From NCBI GenBank assembly GCA_951406725.2, contig OX597822.1, forward strand, positions 100,874,001 to 100,938,000: a stretch of 64,000 nucleotides of DNA, read 5' to 3'. The position numbers were made by a program, and so were the translations under genes. Below, one piece after another: positions 13,623 to 26,953 of the stretch. The notes beneath the pieces are model-generated. The model was not told the origin of the DNA. It saw only the letters and a list, made by a program, of their open reading frames with translations, and made no database searches. The stretch is from Octopus vulgaris (taxonomy: Eukaryota). Each line of letters starts with the position of its first letter. The stretch's first letter is position 1.

Positions 13623-14468
13623 CTGCTGCTGTTGTTGTTACTGTTGTTACTGTTGTTACTGTTGTCACTACTGATACTGCTGCCGCTATTCTTATTTACG
13701 CTCGAAGAATTTTGTGGTAGGAGGTGAATCAGGCAGATGAATTAGAAACCCTGGTCTCGCTGATGGCCACCAAATCTATATCTAGCGACCTGAGGTCATT
13801 GAGAAGGTGGTTCTGCTTCCAGGCCACTTGCATTTACGCTACTTATTCTGAGCAGAGGCACGATCAATAAGAGAGAAGTAGGTGAGAAAGGACTATTTAC
13901 CCTATTCTTGTGATAGGACAGGTATTTGGCCCTCCACTCGGGTTGGTTGTTGGTATTTTCACCAGCAGTTCTTGCATAGTCTTTTCATGATATTTCCTCA
14001 GAAATACCCTGCTCCCTTTGGGTAATTTATACTATAAGATGTTGTATACATGTGATATCTGGATGATTTTCGTGTGAGATAGAATGCTATTAGTTAATGC
14101 GATGTGGTTATTATGAATGATGCTTATATGTTGATGTAAGTGGTTCATTATTCCTTTATTGTTTGTGTTTATGGCCGTGGAGTTAATGATGTTTGTTTAT
14201 TTGTGTTGGAGTGTGTGGTCCAACTGTTGTGAGTGAATTAGCTTGTGCTTGAGATGTGATAGCTGTATGGTGGTGTTATTGTGATAGCAGTATGGTGGTG
14301 TTATTACTTTGTTGCTCAAAGCATTTCCCCCACTCGCTCATATCAATCTATTTTTGTTGGTGCGTTTTTTGCTTCTTTTCTTCATCGCATTCGCAACTGT
14401 TGCCATTTGGGATCCTGCCGTTCCCGTTCGCCACACGATATATCTGAGCGGTTCTAATTCCTAATTGA

Positions 14469-14702
14469 AGGCAACGAACTGGCAGAGACGTTAGCACGCC
14501 GGGCGAAATGCGTAGCCGTATTTCGTCTGCCGTTACATTCTGAGTTCAAATTCCGCCGAGGTCGACTTTGCCTTTCATCCATTCGGGGTCGATTAAATAA
14601 GTACCAGTTACGCACTGGGGTCGATATAATCGACTTAATCCCTTTGTCTGTCCTTGTTTGTCCCCTCTATGTTTAGCCCCTTGTGGGTAGTAAAGCAATA
14701 GG
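14469..14702 (+). mobile_element. SINE family A, full length
   Basis: tRNA-like head with A/B boxes, central block and tail. Confidence 0.9.
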
Positions 14703-15110
14703 TTCTAAGTCCTGACGGGTATGTCTTGGAGGTCATTGTCTTTTTCGTTTCATTGTTTGGGATCCTTCAGTTGCTGATGCTGTTGGTGATGTAGTTTCTC
14801 TTGCGAGTGGTGTTTGTTTTGATATCTTTATTACTGTTGTTTCCACTTTCGGTGTTTTTCTTCCTGCTGTTGCAGTTATTTCCACTTTTGAGGATGCAGT
14901 TTCATGCTGTTGTAACGGTTTTTTAGTTTATGTTGTGGTTGCTACTGTTGCGCATGACATTGAAATAGCGGTGTTGGCAGTAGTGATGGTCTCCTTTAAT
15001 TGTCATTGTCCATTGTTGGGGATAGAACACCTTGAGGTTGTTCGTGCTTCCACACCTGTAACATCGCGGCCTTCCACCTTCCACAGTCATTAAGCGCCAC
15101 TTCTCCATTC
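14703..15110 (-). mobile_element. LINE ORF1 (gag-like) fragment, L1/Tx1-like
   Basis: VEGGRPRCYRCGSTN.LK is a degenerate CCHC knuckle, followed by T/A/P-rich low-complexity coding sequence. Confidence 0.55.
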
Positions 15111-15230
15111 AAGCCAGTTTATATGTTTCTCTACCTATATCAAATGCTTATTGCTCGTTCTTTAAGATATGATATCGAAAACATTTGTGATCGCAACAAA
15201 AGAAATTATTATTATTATTATTATTATTAT

Positions 15231-15619
15231 TGAGTGAGAGAGCAGTTCATGCCATCAATGTGACACTGGGGTAAAATATACGAAGCCCAATATACCCATC
15301 ATGACTACCCGTCTGATAAGGGTACACCAGGCACATGCATCACAACCATATGTGCGCGACATAGTGATCTCATATCAAGGTAAACAGCGCATGACCTTGC
15401 AGGTGGGGCCCAGTTAGAATTTTCTTCAGGTCGAGTAGCCCATCCCGCTCAAAAGGTCCCTGAATAAGGGTTGTTTAAGGATGTTGAAAGAACCACCCAT
15501 GTTTCCAGAGGTGAATTATTCAAACCCCAAAGAATCCCTCTCAACACATGGCTATGATGCTCCCCCACTACTTCTGCTCGTGATCAGAGATGCACATATC
15601 GTCAGCCACTAAGGGACAT
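15231..15619 (-). mobile_element. probable retroposon 3' segment inserted in (TAA)n
   Basis: About 390 bp of GC-balanced sequence with (ATT)n tracts on both sides. Confidence 0.5.
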
Positions 15620-16307
<688 letters not shown>

Positions 16308-16399
16308 GGACGGTGGTAGTAGTGTTATTAACAGTGCACGATTTGCTTATTATGTTGGTGGCATTTTTTTAGCCTCTTTGCTCGATATATAATTGTTGT

Positions 16400-16780
16400 T
16401 GCTGCTGTTATTGTCGTGTTGTTAAGCAACAAGACGGGTAAGGGTGATTAGGTGATGGTCTAGGGCTTAGGGGTAGAGACCTCAGACCTTGGAAAAAAAA
16501 AGCTTTGGTCGTCTTGTTGTAGTCGAGGGCTCTTCGTTGATGCCCGACACTTCTGGGAGGTGACCCCTCGAAGTCGCTGGAAATGGAGATCTCCAGGTCC
16601 AAATTCTTGGACGGCTGTTATTGATATTGTTTTTGCTGCTGTTGTTGTTACTGCTGTTACTGTTGTCACTACTGATACTGCTGCCGCCCTTCTTATTCAC
16701 GCTCGAAGAATTTTGTGGTAGGAGGTGAATGCGAAAGACGATGTCCTCTTCAAACCCCACAAGATTACGCCATATTGAAA
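16400..16780 (-). mobile_element. repeat fragment (possible LINE ORF1 piece)
   Basis: 16630-16730 is a near copy of 13622-13729. Confidence 0.5.
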
Positions 16781-16935
16781 TTTTTTTTTTCGTCTCGAAA
16801 AATAAAAATAAAAGAAGGAAAATCTTCATTTAAAATTTTGCTCTTAGGACGAGTTACAGAAAACGATTGATCAGTCCCTTATGGTTCTGGCCAGCTTAGA
16901 AACAATACAAAGCAATAAAAAAAAAGAAAAAAAAC

Positions 16936-17066
16936 AACCAACCACATGGTTCCGGGTTCAGTCCCACTGCGTGGCATCTTGGGCAAGTGTCTTCTGCTAT
17001 AGCCCCGGGCCGACCAATGCCTTGTGAGTGGATTTGGTAGACGGAAACTGAAAGAAGCCTGTCGTA

Positions 17067-17111
<45 letters not shown>

Positions 17112-17325
17112 ATGTGTTTGTGTGTCTGTGTTTGTCCCCCTAGTATTGCTTGACAACCGATGCTGATGTGTTTACGTCCCCGTCACTTAGCGGTTCGGCA
17201 AAAGAGACCAATAGAATAAGTACTGGGCTTACAAAAGAATAAGTCCCGGGGTTGCTCGATTAAAGGTGGTGCTCCAGCATGGCCGCAGTCAAATGACTGA
17301 AACAAGTAAAAGAGAGTAAAGAGAG
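16936..17325 (+). mobile_element. SINE family B, slightly 5' truncated
   Basis: Matches the B consensus. Confidence 0.9.
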
Positions 17326-17629
17326 ACTTCTGAAAAGGAAAAAGAAAAGCACATTCTCACGGAGCTCCTGATACACATCCACCTTTGACGATAAACGACA
17401 ATTTTAAGGCAACCGCAACAAAAACGATTCTCAGATTATTAAAAAACATAAAGCCATTGGTCTCTTGTAGCAAAGTGTCTTTTAACGTTCCTGACTCTAT
17501 TACTCACACACTAATATTGACTCGAATACTTGTGAAAAGAATATTGGAGCTTAATAAAAATGTTTTATTAGATATAAGTCACGAATCACATATATCTGAA
17601 AGGTATGAAAGTATATACTTAGATACATA

Positions 17630-18056
17630 CTAGCAGTATAGCCCGGCGTTGCTAGGGTTTATTTTTTAGTTGCGCTTAAAACGGCAGACTTTGATGTCGC
17701 GTTAACAAAGTTTTGATATAGTTTCAATCTTTTTTGAAAAGTAAAAATTTTGCATTATGTAGCTTGTTATTCTCTTTAAGTGAACATTTTTCTGGTTGAA
17801 ATACACCGAAAAATGGCGACACAGCAGTCAAAAAATCGTAAAAAATAGGGATTTTCATAGAAAAAAGCACCTTTCTGATGTAAATAATTTTTGGTCTTAA
17901 CATGATCCGATTTGAATATTTTCTTCTACGAATGACGAGCAAGTCTTCTATCATACTCTCAATTTTGGTCAACTTGCGCTGCAGGGTCTCGGAGGAGATA
18001 GTGTTAGTTGAAGGCTACCTGCCACACACAGACAACTTCAGCTTTATATGTACAGA
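17630..18056 (-). mobile_element. non-autonomous Helitron
   Basis: On the minus strand: 5'-TC start, subterminal ccc..caacgccggg hairpin, CTAG-3' end, inserted between A and T. Confidence 0.8.
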
Positions 18057-18104
18057 TTTAAAAGTTTTTCAGAAAGCTGTGTATAAAGAAGAGATTGTTT
18101 TATA

Positions 18105-18330
18105 ACCGAGAATCAAATTTTCAACATTGGAATTTACATGACTAAAAACCGTTTAATTACAAGTGGAATTTTAGAAAATTCTTGCATATTTTCACATTCC
18201 AATCCGAGAGTGAATTTACAAAGTGCATCTATTTCTTTGTCTGAAAGTCCCAGCATTTCAAGATTACTACTTTGACACTCAGTAACACGACGAAGGGCTC
18301 CAATGATTATGGTTTTGTTTTCTTTTACAT
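18105..18330 (-). mobile_element. decayed R4/Dong-like LINE 3' end
   Basis: IIIGAL..V..C...NLE.LG.S.KEID is homologous to the C-terminus of ORF 12159-12665. Confidence 0.7.
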
Positions 18331-18334
18331 ACGC

Positions 18335-18790
18335 CATCCTGTGATGCACCTGAGGTCATTGGGTGTTTCGGGTCTATCAACAACCAAACACATTCATCCA
18401 GGCGAGCCAGTCAGGGTCAATCAAGTCCCATCTTGTGTCCAGTTCGCATTAACCCTGGTAGAAATACCCATTTCAGGGCCCACACCTTCTAATCCACAGC
18501 CACCTTGAAGAAATCTCTTCTGGCCTCATAGCCAAATGTTAGATTTCCGCCAACGGGTCCTTGTAATGCTAAGCACTCCGTAGTCTCTGCAGAGAGACTG
18601 GCTTGCAAACCCTCCGCATTTCACCTCAACGGGATCACAACATGCTTACTATACATTACTTTGACCAGCAGCTCAGCATATTTCATTCTCTTTCTCTCAT
18701 TTGTCTCCTCAGTACGGTCCTCCCAAGGAGTGGAGAATTCGTAATGCTTCCGAGATCAACTCCATGTCTGGTCTTGACGATGTTGAAACA
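18335..18790 (-). mobile_element. Hero-like REL LINE 3' end, decayed
   Basis: Frameshifted RPD....TPWED..EE..ERKRMKYAEL...P.EVKCGGF, and a 3' UTR cccgaaacacccaatgacctcagg. Confidence 0.6.
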
Positions 18791-18882
18791 ACGAAAAAAA
18801 AAAAAGAAACGTTCCCATTTGCTGGGCAGTTGACTTTCATAACAGTACGTTGTATATGTTTTCCGAACAACTATATCATGTA

Positions 18883-19271
18883 CTAGCAGTATCGCCCGGC
18901 GTTGCTTGTGTTTGTAAGGGAAATAACTATATAAGCATTTTTAGAGATGTAAAGTATAATATGGCTAACCACAAAGGGTGGTGGTGGTGTTACTGTAGCT
19001 TTTTACGTTCTGAGATTTAATGATAAATTTTTAGAGAGTTACTTCCCTTATATATGCCAAAAATGCATTAAAAATGGGAAAAATTGATGGTAAATTTTTT
19101 TTAAAATCGTAGACTCATCGTAGACGCGCGCTAATACCCAGAAGGGCTCGATATAAATCACGACTATAAGATACCCGGTTTTGGTTAAACTGCACCGCAA
19201 AATGTGGGAGGAGTTAGGAATCTAAATCGTAGGAGACAGACAGCACACAACCTCTCTTTTATATATAAAGA
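18883..19271 (-). mobile_element. non-autonomous Helitron
   Basis: A|TC...hairpin CTAG|T; close copy of 24467-24861. Confidence 0.88.
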
Positions 19272-19425
19272 TTTCGTTTTTGGATTTGGTTTGCAAGATT
19301 CTTTATTTGAGTTCGTGTGTTGAAGCATATTCTGTTGTGTCTGGGGAGACTCATCATCTTTTTGTGTCTTATAATGTAACACACTCCACCGGTAAAATTT
19401 CCACTTTTTTCATATTTTTATTTTC

Positions 19426-19462
19426 CTAAAATTTTCGATGCGTCTTGCAACCTTTTCAATAG
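19426..19462 (-). ncRNA. candidate minimal hammerhead ribozyme (U3/A8 core variant)
   Basis: cta-UUGAAAA-g-gttgc aagac gcatc-GAAA-attt-tag. Confidence 0.5.
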
Positions 19463-19907
19463 TCTTGACTCTCTATATCATGTATGTTGTGTTTACATTT
19501 AGCGGAATTTATACCGTTCGTTTTAATAGTTATGCTCATAACCATGAGAAAACGGCTTGAACTCCGCGTACATTTGAAATTCTATGGAAATATTCTATCG
19601 GTAATCCTTGCTTTAGAAAATATGAATATACTCAACATTAGATGTATTTTCTATTATTATCCCATCGTAGTCATTCATAGGAAAGGCATTGTATTTTGTT
19701 TTTAGCAAGCACTCATGTCACGTAGGAAGGTAGTAACTTGAAGACATATTTTTATAACTGCTCAGACGTGATATAATCGATATTTTAAGTTTGGGATTTA
19801 GTGATTTCAAGGCCTGTTTTGTTGAACATATTTAGTAGTTAACTTTTGCATTCCATTGACGTCATTTAACTATGACGTGCACAGGACAGACGATAGCTTC
19901 CCGTTGA

Positions 19908-20330
19908 TATAAACTTAGATGTGTTTCGACCAATGATTGGTCCAGGCCATGTCTAACTTAATAGCACCACCTGATAGGATTATTTGAATCCTGTTTCAGT
20001 CAAGTTTTGCTTATGGTCCATTCAAGTAGTGAGTTCTTGTTGGGTGAGTTGTATCCAATTATGGGTGGCTTATCTGGTATACTTTGAAGGAATCTATCCA
20101 GACTCCGTTTAAAGTTGATGGGATCCTGTTCCTCTTTGATCTCTTTCGGGACAATGTTAAATAGGGCAGGGCCTGTTGAGGAAAAGAAATTATGTTGTAG
20201 TGTATAAGTATGCTGTGATCTTGAATTGGGCAGGGGACGTATGGCCCGTGGTCCCAGTCTTGGATGAACCTTGAAGCTTATGTTCAGGTCGTTTGGGCAA
20301 AGTTGGCGGTATATTCTCCACATCGTAGAC
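19908..20330 (-). mobile_element. CR1-group LINE 3' end
   Basis: ORF 20000-20341 has HPRLG..GPALFN.VPKEIK..FKRSLDRFL..IPDKP..GY..NSL, followed by a short stem-loop 3' UTR. Confidence 0.85.
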
Positions 20331-20489
20331 ATTGTTTTCAATTCTGTTTCTATGGAATTTAATATCTATAGATCAGAATTCTTCTAGAGCCTAGTCAAAT
20401 TTCCAAGATATTGCTAACAGTTCTGGTATTGCAAATATATTGTCTTCTTAAAAGTAACGCCGATTGCCATAATGGGATTAATAATAATT

Positions 20490-21650
20490 TGATTCAAGTT
20501 TTGGCCGGCAGTTTTGTGGGAGGGAGTAAGTCGATTACATCGTTGTCAGTACTCATCTGGTACATATTTTCTCGACTCTGAAAGGATGAAAGGCAAAGCC
20601 AACCTCGGTGAAATTTGAACTCAGAACATAAGGTGCCGGAAGAAATACCTATTTCTTTACTACCCACAAGGGGCTAAACACAGAGAGGTCAAACAAGGAA
20701 AGTACGTAACTGGTACTTATTTAATCGACCCCGAAAGGATGAAAGGCTATGTCGACCTCGGCAGAATTTGAACTCAGAACGTAACGGCAAACGAAATACG
20801 GCTACGCATTTCGCCCGGCGTGCTAACGATTCTGCCAGCTCGCCACCTTAATAATAACAATAATCCTTTCTACGATAGGCACAAAACCTGAAATTTGGTG
20901 GAAGGGGTGTAATCGATTATCTCGACCCCGCTGCTCACCTGGTCCTTATTTAATCGATCCCGAAAGAATGAAAGGCAAAGTCGATCTCGGCGGAATTTGC
21001 ACGCAGAACGTAAGGTGCCGGAAGAAACGCCGCTAAGTATTTAGTCTATTGCGCTGACAATTCTGTCAGCTCGCCGCTTCATGATTCTTTCAAATTTTGG
21101 AACAAGAGCAGAAATGTTTGGCGAAGGGGGGCTCGTTGACTACATCTGACTCAGTACCGGACCGGTACTTTATTTTATCGACACCGAAAGACTAAAAGGA
21201 AAAGACGACCTCGACAGCATTTGAATTCAGAACATAAAAAAACTAGAAGAAATACTACAAAAATTTCTTCTGATGCTGGTATTTGGTTGGGTGCTCTCCG
21301 ATTTCAGCCCCACTAATAATATCATAAGTTTTATTGGTCACAAGGGCCGCAAAATCATTTAGGACTATACGAAAGACAGTGGAGATTTACATAAAAGAGA
21401 TAATAAAAATCAATAGCAAAATATCCTAACAAAATCCCTTTACACTTCCTAAATATAATAATATTGGTTTCAAATTTTGGCACAAGGCCAGCAGTTTCGT
21501 GGGATGGAGCAAGTCGATTACATCGACCCCAGTGTTCAACTGGTACTTATTTCATAGACGCCGAAAGGATGAAAGACAAAGTCGACTCCGGCGGTATTTG
21601 AACTCAGGACGTAAAGGGGGACGAAATTTTGCCCGGCGTGCTAACTATTG
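20490..21650 (-). mobile_element. cluster of about 5 co-oriented SINE A copies (two tail types)
   Basis: Repeated gaaaggatgaaaggcaaagtcgacctcggcggaatttgaactcagaac-like blocks. Confidence 0.85.
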
Positions 21651-21964
21651 TTACGAATAACATTTAAAAAATACAGAGTACAACAACAACAAAAGTTATA
21701 GATTCATCACTTTTGATAAACCCTTCAACAGTCCTCATTCAATTCAAATCGACTTTAACCTTCATCACAAATTTACGATTGATCTTTATTATCATGACTT
21801 TGTTGTAAAAATGTTGCTGCCGATATTGTAGCTGTTACTGTTGCTGATCCAAAACAATAACAACGACAACAGAACAATACTAATTATTATTGTTGCTAAT
21901 AAAATAAAATACAATAACGGACCAAATTTTTGACCGTCGTAATTATCATTGTCACTAATAATAA

Positions 21965-22222
21965 AAAAATAAATGCGCCCTTTTTAAAGCCTAGCCAGGC
22001 TCAAGGGTCCGGTTTCCTGGTTTCAATGGCGTATGTGTTCCCCAGCTGGACGGGACGCCAGTCCATCGCAGCGTTACTCATTTTTGCCAGCTGAGTGGAC
22101 TGGAGCAACGTGAAATGAAGTGTTTTGCTCAAGAACACAACGCGTCGCCCGGTTCAGGAATCGAAACCACAATCTTACGATCACGATGCTGAAACCCTAA
22201 CCACTAAGCCACGCGCCTCCAC
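21965..22222 (-). mobile_element. SINE family D (V-domain-like), full length
   Basis: tRNA head plus ctgcgatggactggcgtccc.tccag; close copy of 27818-28076. Confidence 0.88.
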
Positions 22223-22669
22223 ATTGTCACTAATACTTTCATCAAAATAGCCATAGCGTTATGGCCATCGTCTTAACATCTTAACATCATCAGATGATCA
22301 ACTTCACCCAAGCCATCTGATGATGATGATGATCGTTATGACGATAATCGTCAACCTCCGTCATCATCGCCCTGTGCATCTCTTGCATTGATGATGCTAT
22401 TAGTCATCTCTTGTGGTTAGTCCTTCCCAGATTCTGCAAAATGGCCAAATGTTATTAAAAAAACAAAAAACAAAATCTGTGACAGTTATTTTCAGCAAAC
22501 ATCACGTGGTAGAAATACCAGATTTGGTTTCTACAACGACTCATTCAAAGAATCACGCAACTCTAAGTAGCTTCCAGTGGCTATAATTGTTGGGTGAGAA
22601 TATTTTCAATTCTCTAACATAACATTGGCAGAATCATAACATCACATTGGCAAATTTGCTGTATTTGTT

Positions 22670-23037
22670 GCTGTTGCTGTTGAGCGAAGCGGTCTTCGTC
22701 CTCTTGGGAGAAGTCCGAATCGTGGTCCTTTGCTATTCATAAGACCCACAGAAAAGAAAGCAGATCAACCCCCGACACCGAGAGCATCGATGGATGGATG
22801 AATGCGCATCCAGGCTCAGCGGTTGCGTAGGGAGTCGGGGACAAGAAACTGGAAGAAAGAGTGAAAGAAAGTCGGGGCGAAAGAGTACAACAGGGGTCGC
22901 CACCACCTCCTGCCGGAGCCTCGTGGAGCTTTAGGTGTTTTCGTTCAATGAACACACACAACGCCCGGTCTGGGAATCGAAACCGCGATCCTCCGACCGC
23001 CAGTCCGCTGCCCTAACCAGTGGGCCATTGCGCCTCC
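22670..23037 (-). mobile_element. SINE family C with tail 2
   Basis: Matches 32064-32452 and 35352-35730. TSD tgctgtatttgtt; it sits inside an old SINE A. Confidence 0.9.
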
Positions 23038-23199
23038 TGCTGTATTTGTTCCAGCTCTTTACGTTCTGTGATCATATCACGCTGTGGTCAACTTTGCCTT
23101 TCGTCCTTTCGGGGTCAATAGAATAATGTATGTATGTATGTATGTATGTATGTATGTATGTATGTATGTATGTATGTATGTATGTATGTATGTGTATAT

Positions 23200-23410
23200 G
23201 TTTGTGTGTCTGTGTTTGTCCTCCCACCCATCGCTTGACAACCGATGTTGGTGTATTTACGTCCCCGTAACTTAGCGATTTGGCAAAAGAGACCGATAGA
23301 ATAAGTACTACGCTTACAAAGAATAAATCTTGGTGTCGATTAGTTCGATTAAAGGCTGTGCTCCAGTATAGCCACAGTCAAATGACTGGATAAAGAAAAA
23401 AATAAAAGAA
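23200..23410 (+). mobile_element. SINE family B 3' half
   Basis: B consensus tail. Confidence 0.82.
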
Positions 23411-23411
23411 T

Positions 23412-23443
<32 letters not shown>

Positions 23444-23457
23444 GCGCACATATGTGC

Positions 23458-23720
23458 GTGGAGGCGCAATGGCCCAGTGGTTAAGGCAGCGGACTCGCGG
23501 TTGTAGGATTCCGGTTTCGATTCCCAGACCTAGCGTTGTGAGTGTTTATTGAGTGAAAACGCCTAAAGCTCCACGAGGCTCCGACAGGGAGTGGTGGCGA
23601 TCCCTGCTGTACTCATTCGCCACAATTTTCTCTCTTTCTTCTGTCGAAGACTAAAACAATGCGAAGCGCATTGTGACCAGCGATGTGTAGCAACATCTGA
23701 TAGCCTGGTCGGTCACGATG
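23458..23720 (+). mobile_element. SINE family C with tail module E
   Basis: C head/body joined at ctctttcttctg to tail E. Confidence 0.8.
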
Positions 23721-23857
23721 ATATGTATATATATACACACGACGTGCTTTATTCAATTTCTATCTATAAAATCCACTCACAAGGCTTTGATCAACCTAAG
23801 GCTATATTAGAAGACCATAGGATCGCGGTCTTCTAATATAGCCTTAGGCTGACCAAA

Positions 23858-24216
23858 GCGCAATGGCCCAGTGGTTAGGGCAGCGGACTCGCGGTCATAG
23901 GATCGCGGTTTCGATTCCCAGACCGGGCATTGTGAGTGTTTATTGAGCGAAAACACCTAAAGCTCCACGAGGCTCCGGCAGGGGATGGTGGTGATCCCTG
24001 CTGTACTCTTACTTCCTGTTTCTGTTGTACCTGTATTTCAAAGAGCCGGCCTTGTCACTCTCTGTGTCACGCTGAATATCACCGAGAACTACGTTAAGGG
24101 TACACGTGTCTGTGGAGTGCTCAGCCACTTACATGTTAATTTCACGAGCAGGCTGTTCCGTTGATTCGGATCAACCGGAACCCTCATCGTCGTAACCGAC
24201 GGAGTGCTTCCATTCC
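23858..24216 (+). mobile_element. SINE family C with tail 1
   Basis: Close copy of 25434-25823; TSD atattagaagac at 23804-23815 and 24217-24228. Confidence 0.92.
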
Positions 24217-24466
24217 ATATTAGAAGACACGGCCTAACTTACTTTAACCGTTTCATCTGGACTGGTCACTGACCACACATCTATGACGTCACTGACTACA
24301 CATCTATGACGTCATGCACATATTACTAATGAATATGGTTATTACTTAAGTTACGCCCATCTTGAAATAGCTGGCGAAGTAAGATATTATATACTTCTTT
24401 TTCTTTTTTTTTTCTGTAATCTGTGTTTTTGCAATCTGTCTCAAGCCTAAATATGTTTATCTCCCA

Positions 24467-24860
24467 CTAGCAGTATCGCCCGGCGTTGCTCGGGTTTGTA
24501 AGGGAAATAACTATATAAGCATTTTTAGAGATGTAAAGTATAATAGCCATCTCAATATGGCTAATCACAAAGGGGGGTGTTACTGTAGCTTTTTACGTTC
24601 TAAGATTTAATAATACATTTTTAGAGAGTTACTTCCCTTATATAATAGCCAAAAAAATGCATTAAAGATGGAAAAAAATGATGGTAAATTTTTTAAAAAT
24701 CGTAGACTCATTGTAGACGCGCGCTAATACCCAGAAGGGCTCGATGTGAATCACGACTATAAGATACCCGGTTTTGGTTAAACTGCACCGCAAAATGTGG
24801 GAGTAGTTAAGAATCTAAATCGTAGGAGACAGACACACAACTTCACTTTTATATATAAAG

Positions 24861-24861
<1 letters not shown>
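24467..24861 (-). mobile_element. non-autonomous Helitron
   Basis: A|TC..cccgagcaacgccggg..CTAG|T on the minus strand. Confidence 0.9.
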
Positions 24862-24892
<31 letters not shown>

Positions 24893-25061
24893 ATGCATGT
24901 ATATGTCTGTATACGTATGCATGTGTATATGTATATACATATTTATAGATGCATGCATATATATACATATATATACATAAATATATATATGTGTGTGTGT
25001 GTGTGTATGTATATATACACATACACACACATACATATATGCGCACATCCACACATACATA

Positions 25062-25120
<59 letters not shown>

Positions 25121-25433
25121 TAAGTGGAATCTAGTTTGCAGTGTGCAGGTGGTCGTGTGTGGGTGTACAACGGGCTTCCGCATAGTTTCCGTCGAACTAG
25201 ATTTCTCTTACGTTTCTTGTCGAACCGCATTAAGATTTTATGAGTGATTGACGAGTGAATGTGTAGTAGTGTGTAGTCTATTTTATTATATTTATTTTTT
25301 TTCTTTCTTTTCTCTTTATTCTATTTCTTTGTTTTTTTTTAAATTTATTTTTTCATTTATTGCTTTCTGATTTTTTTTCTTTATTTTTCAAAAGAAAAGG
25401 TCCTGTTCTCCATTTGTTTTATACAAGACTTCT

Positions 25434-25823
25434 GTGGAGGCGCAATGGCCCAGTGGTTAGGGCAGCGGACTCGCGGTCATAGGATCGCGGTTTCGATTCC
25501 CAGACCGGGCGTTGTGAGTGTTTATTGAGCGAAAACACCTAAAGCTCCACGAGGCTCCGGCAGGTGATGGTGGTGATCCCTGCTGTACTCTTTCACCACA
25601 ACTTTCTCTCACTCTTACTTCCTGTTTCTGTTGTACCTGTATTTCAAAGGGCCGGCCTTGTCACTCTCTGTGTCACGCTGAATATCACCGAGAACTACGT
25701 TAAGGGTACACGTGTCTGTGGAGTGCTCAGCCACTTAAACGTTAATTTCACGAGCAGGCTGTTCCGTTGATTCGGATCAACCGGAGCCCTCATCGTCGTA
25801 ACCGACGGAGTGCTTCCATGTCC
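25434..25823 (+). mobile_element. SINE family C (tRNA-Arg-like head) with tail 1, full length
   Basis: A box tggcccagtgg, TCG anticodon-like loop, B box gtttcgattcc; 12-bp TSD atacaagacttc at 25421-25432 and 25824-25835. Confidence 0.93.
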
Positions 25824-26169
25824 ATACAAGACTTCACGGTCCGATGGCCGTGCTGTCTTAAAATATATAAAAGGAAAACTGGAAATAAAAAAATAAAAAA
25901 ATTAAAAAAAGATTCCTCTTATGTATTGGCCAGTCTAAGACTTTTATGTAAGATACTTTGCGGTATCCTAACCTAACCAGTCGCTTTGTTAGATCGCAAC
26001 GGCAACCACGTGGTTGTGGATGAAACCACTTAGCTATGCACAGGATATGAATATATTCATATCACTGTCGAATTAAGAAAAAAGAGGGGGAAAATGCTTG
26101 TTTATAAGCTGACAACAATTAAAACTTGTGATGCAAAAAAACCCAAAAAAGACCCAAAAAACTTAACAA

Positions 26170-26560
26170 AGGCGCAGGAGTGGCTGTGTGGTAAGTAGCT
26201 TGCTAACCAACCACATGGTTGCGGGTTCAGTCCCACTGGGTGGCATCTTGGGCAAGTGTCTTCTGCTATAGCCCCGGACCGACCAATGCCTTGTGAGTGG
26301 ATTTGGTAGACGGAAACTGAAAGAAGCCTGTCGTATATATGTATATATATATATATGTGTGTGTGCGTGTCCCCCTAGCATTGCTTGACAACCGATGCTG
26401 GTGTGTCTACGTCCCCGTCACTTAGCGGTTCGGCAAAAGAGACCGATAGAATAAGTACTGGGCTTACAAAGAATAAGTCCCGGGGTCAAGTTGCTCGACT
26501 AAAGGCGGTGCTCCAGCATGGCCGCAGTCAAATGACTGAAACAAGTAAAAAAGAGTAAAG
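26170..26560 (+). mobile_element. SINE family B, full length
   Basis: ggcgcaggagtggctgtgtgg head, gggttcagtccc B box, cttgggcaagtg block, aagagt-repeat tail. Confidence 0.92.
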
Positions 26561-26721
26561 AGTAAAGAAAAAGCCCAAAAACCCAGCAAAAACAAACCGG
26601 AAAGAAAAAAAAGGATGTACAATTATAATCAAAATGTTGTTAAAATATTTGATTTCAAATTTTGACACAAGGCCAGCAATTTTGGGGAAGGGGTTAAGTC
26701 GATTATATCAACTGCAGGATA

Positions 26722-26953
26722 AGGCGGCGAGCTGGCAGAAACGTTAGCACGCCGGGCGAAATGCGTAGCCGTATTTCGTCTGCCGTTACGTTCTGAGTTC
26801 AAATTCCGCCGAGGTCGACTTTGCCTTTCATCCTTTCGGGGTCGATTAAATAAGTACCAGTTTAGCACTGGGGTCGATATAATCGACTTAATCCGTTTGT
26901 CTGTCCTTGTTTGTCCCCTTTGTGTTTAGCCCCTTGTGGGCTGTAAAGAAATA
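26722..26953 (+). mobile_element. SINE family A nested in older opposite-strand A copies (26650-27352)
   Basis: TSD tatatcaactgcag at 26704-26717 and 26954-26967. Confidence 0.92.

Noticed and set aside
25434-25510. tRNA-Arg gene
   Set aside because: It is a SINE head: no proper acceptor stem, and it continues into a body and tail bounded by TSDs.
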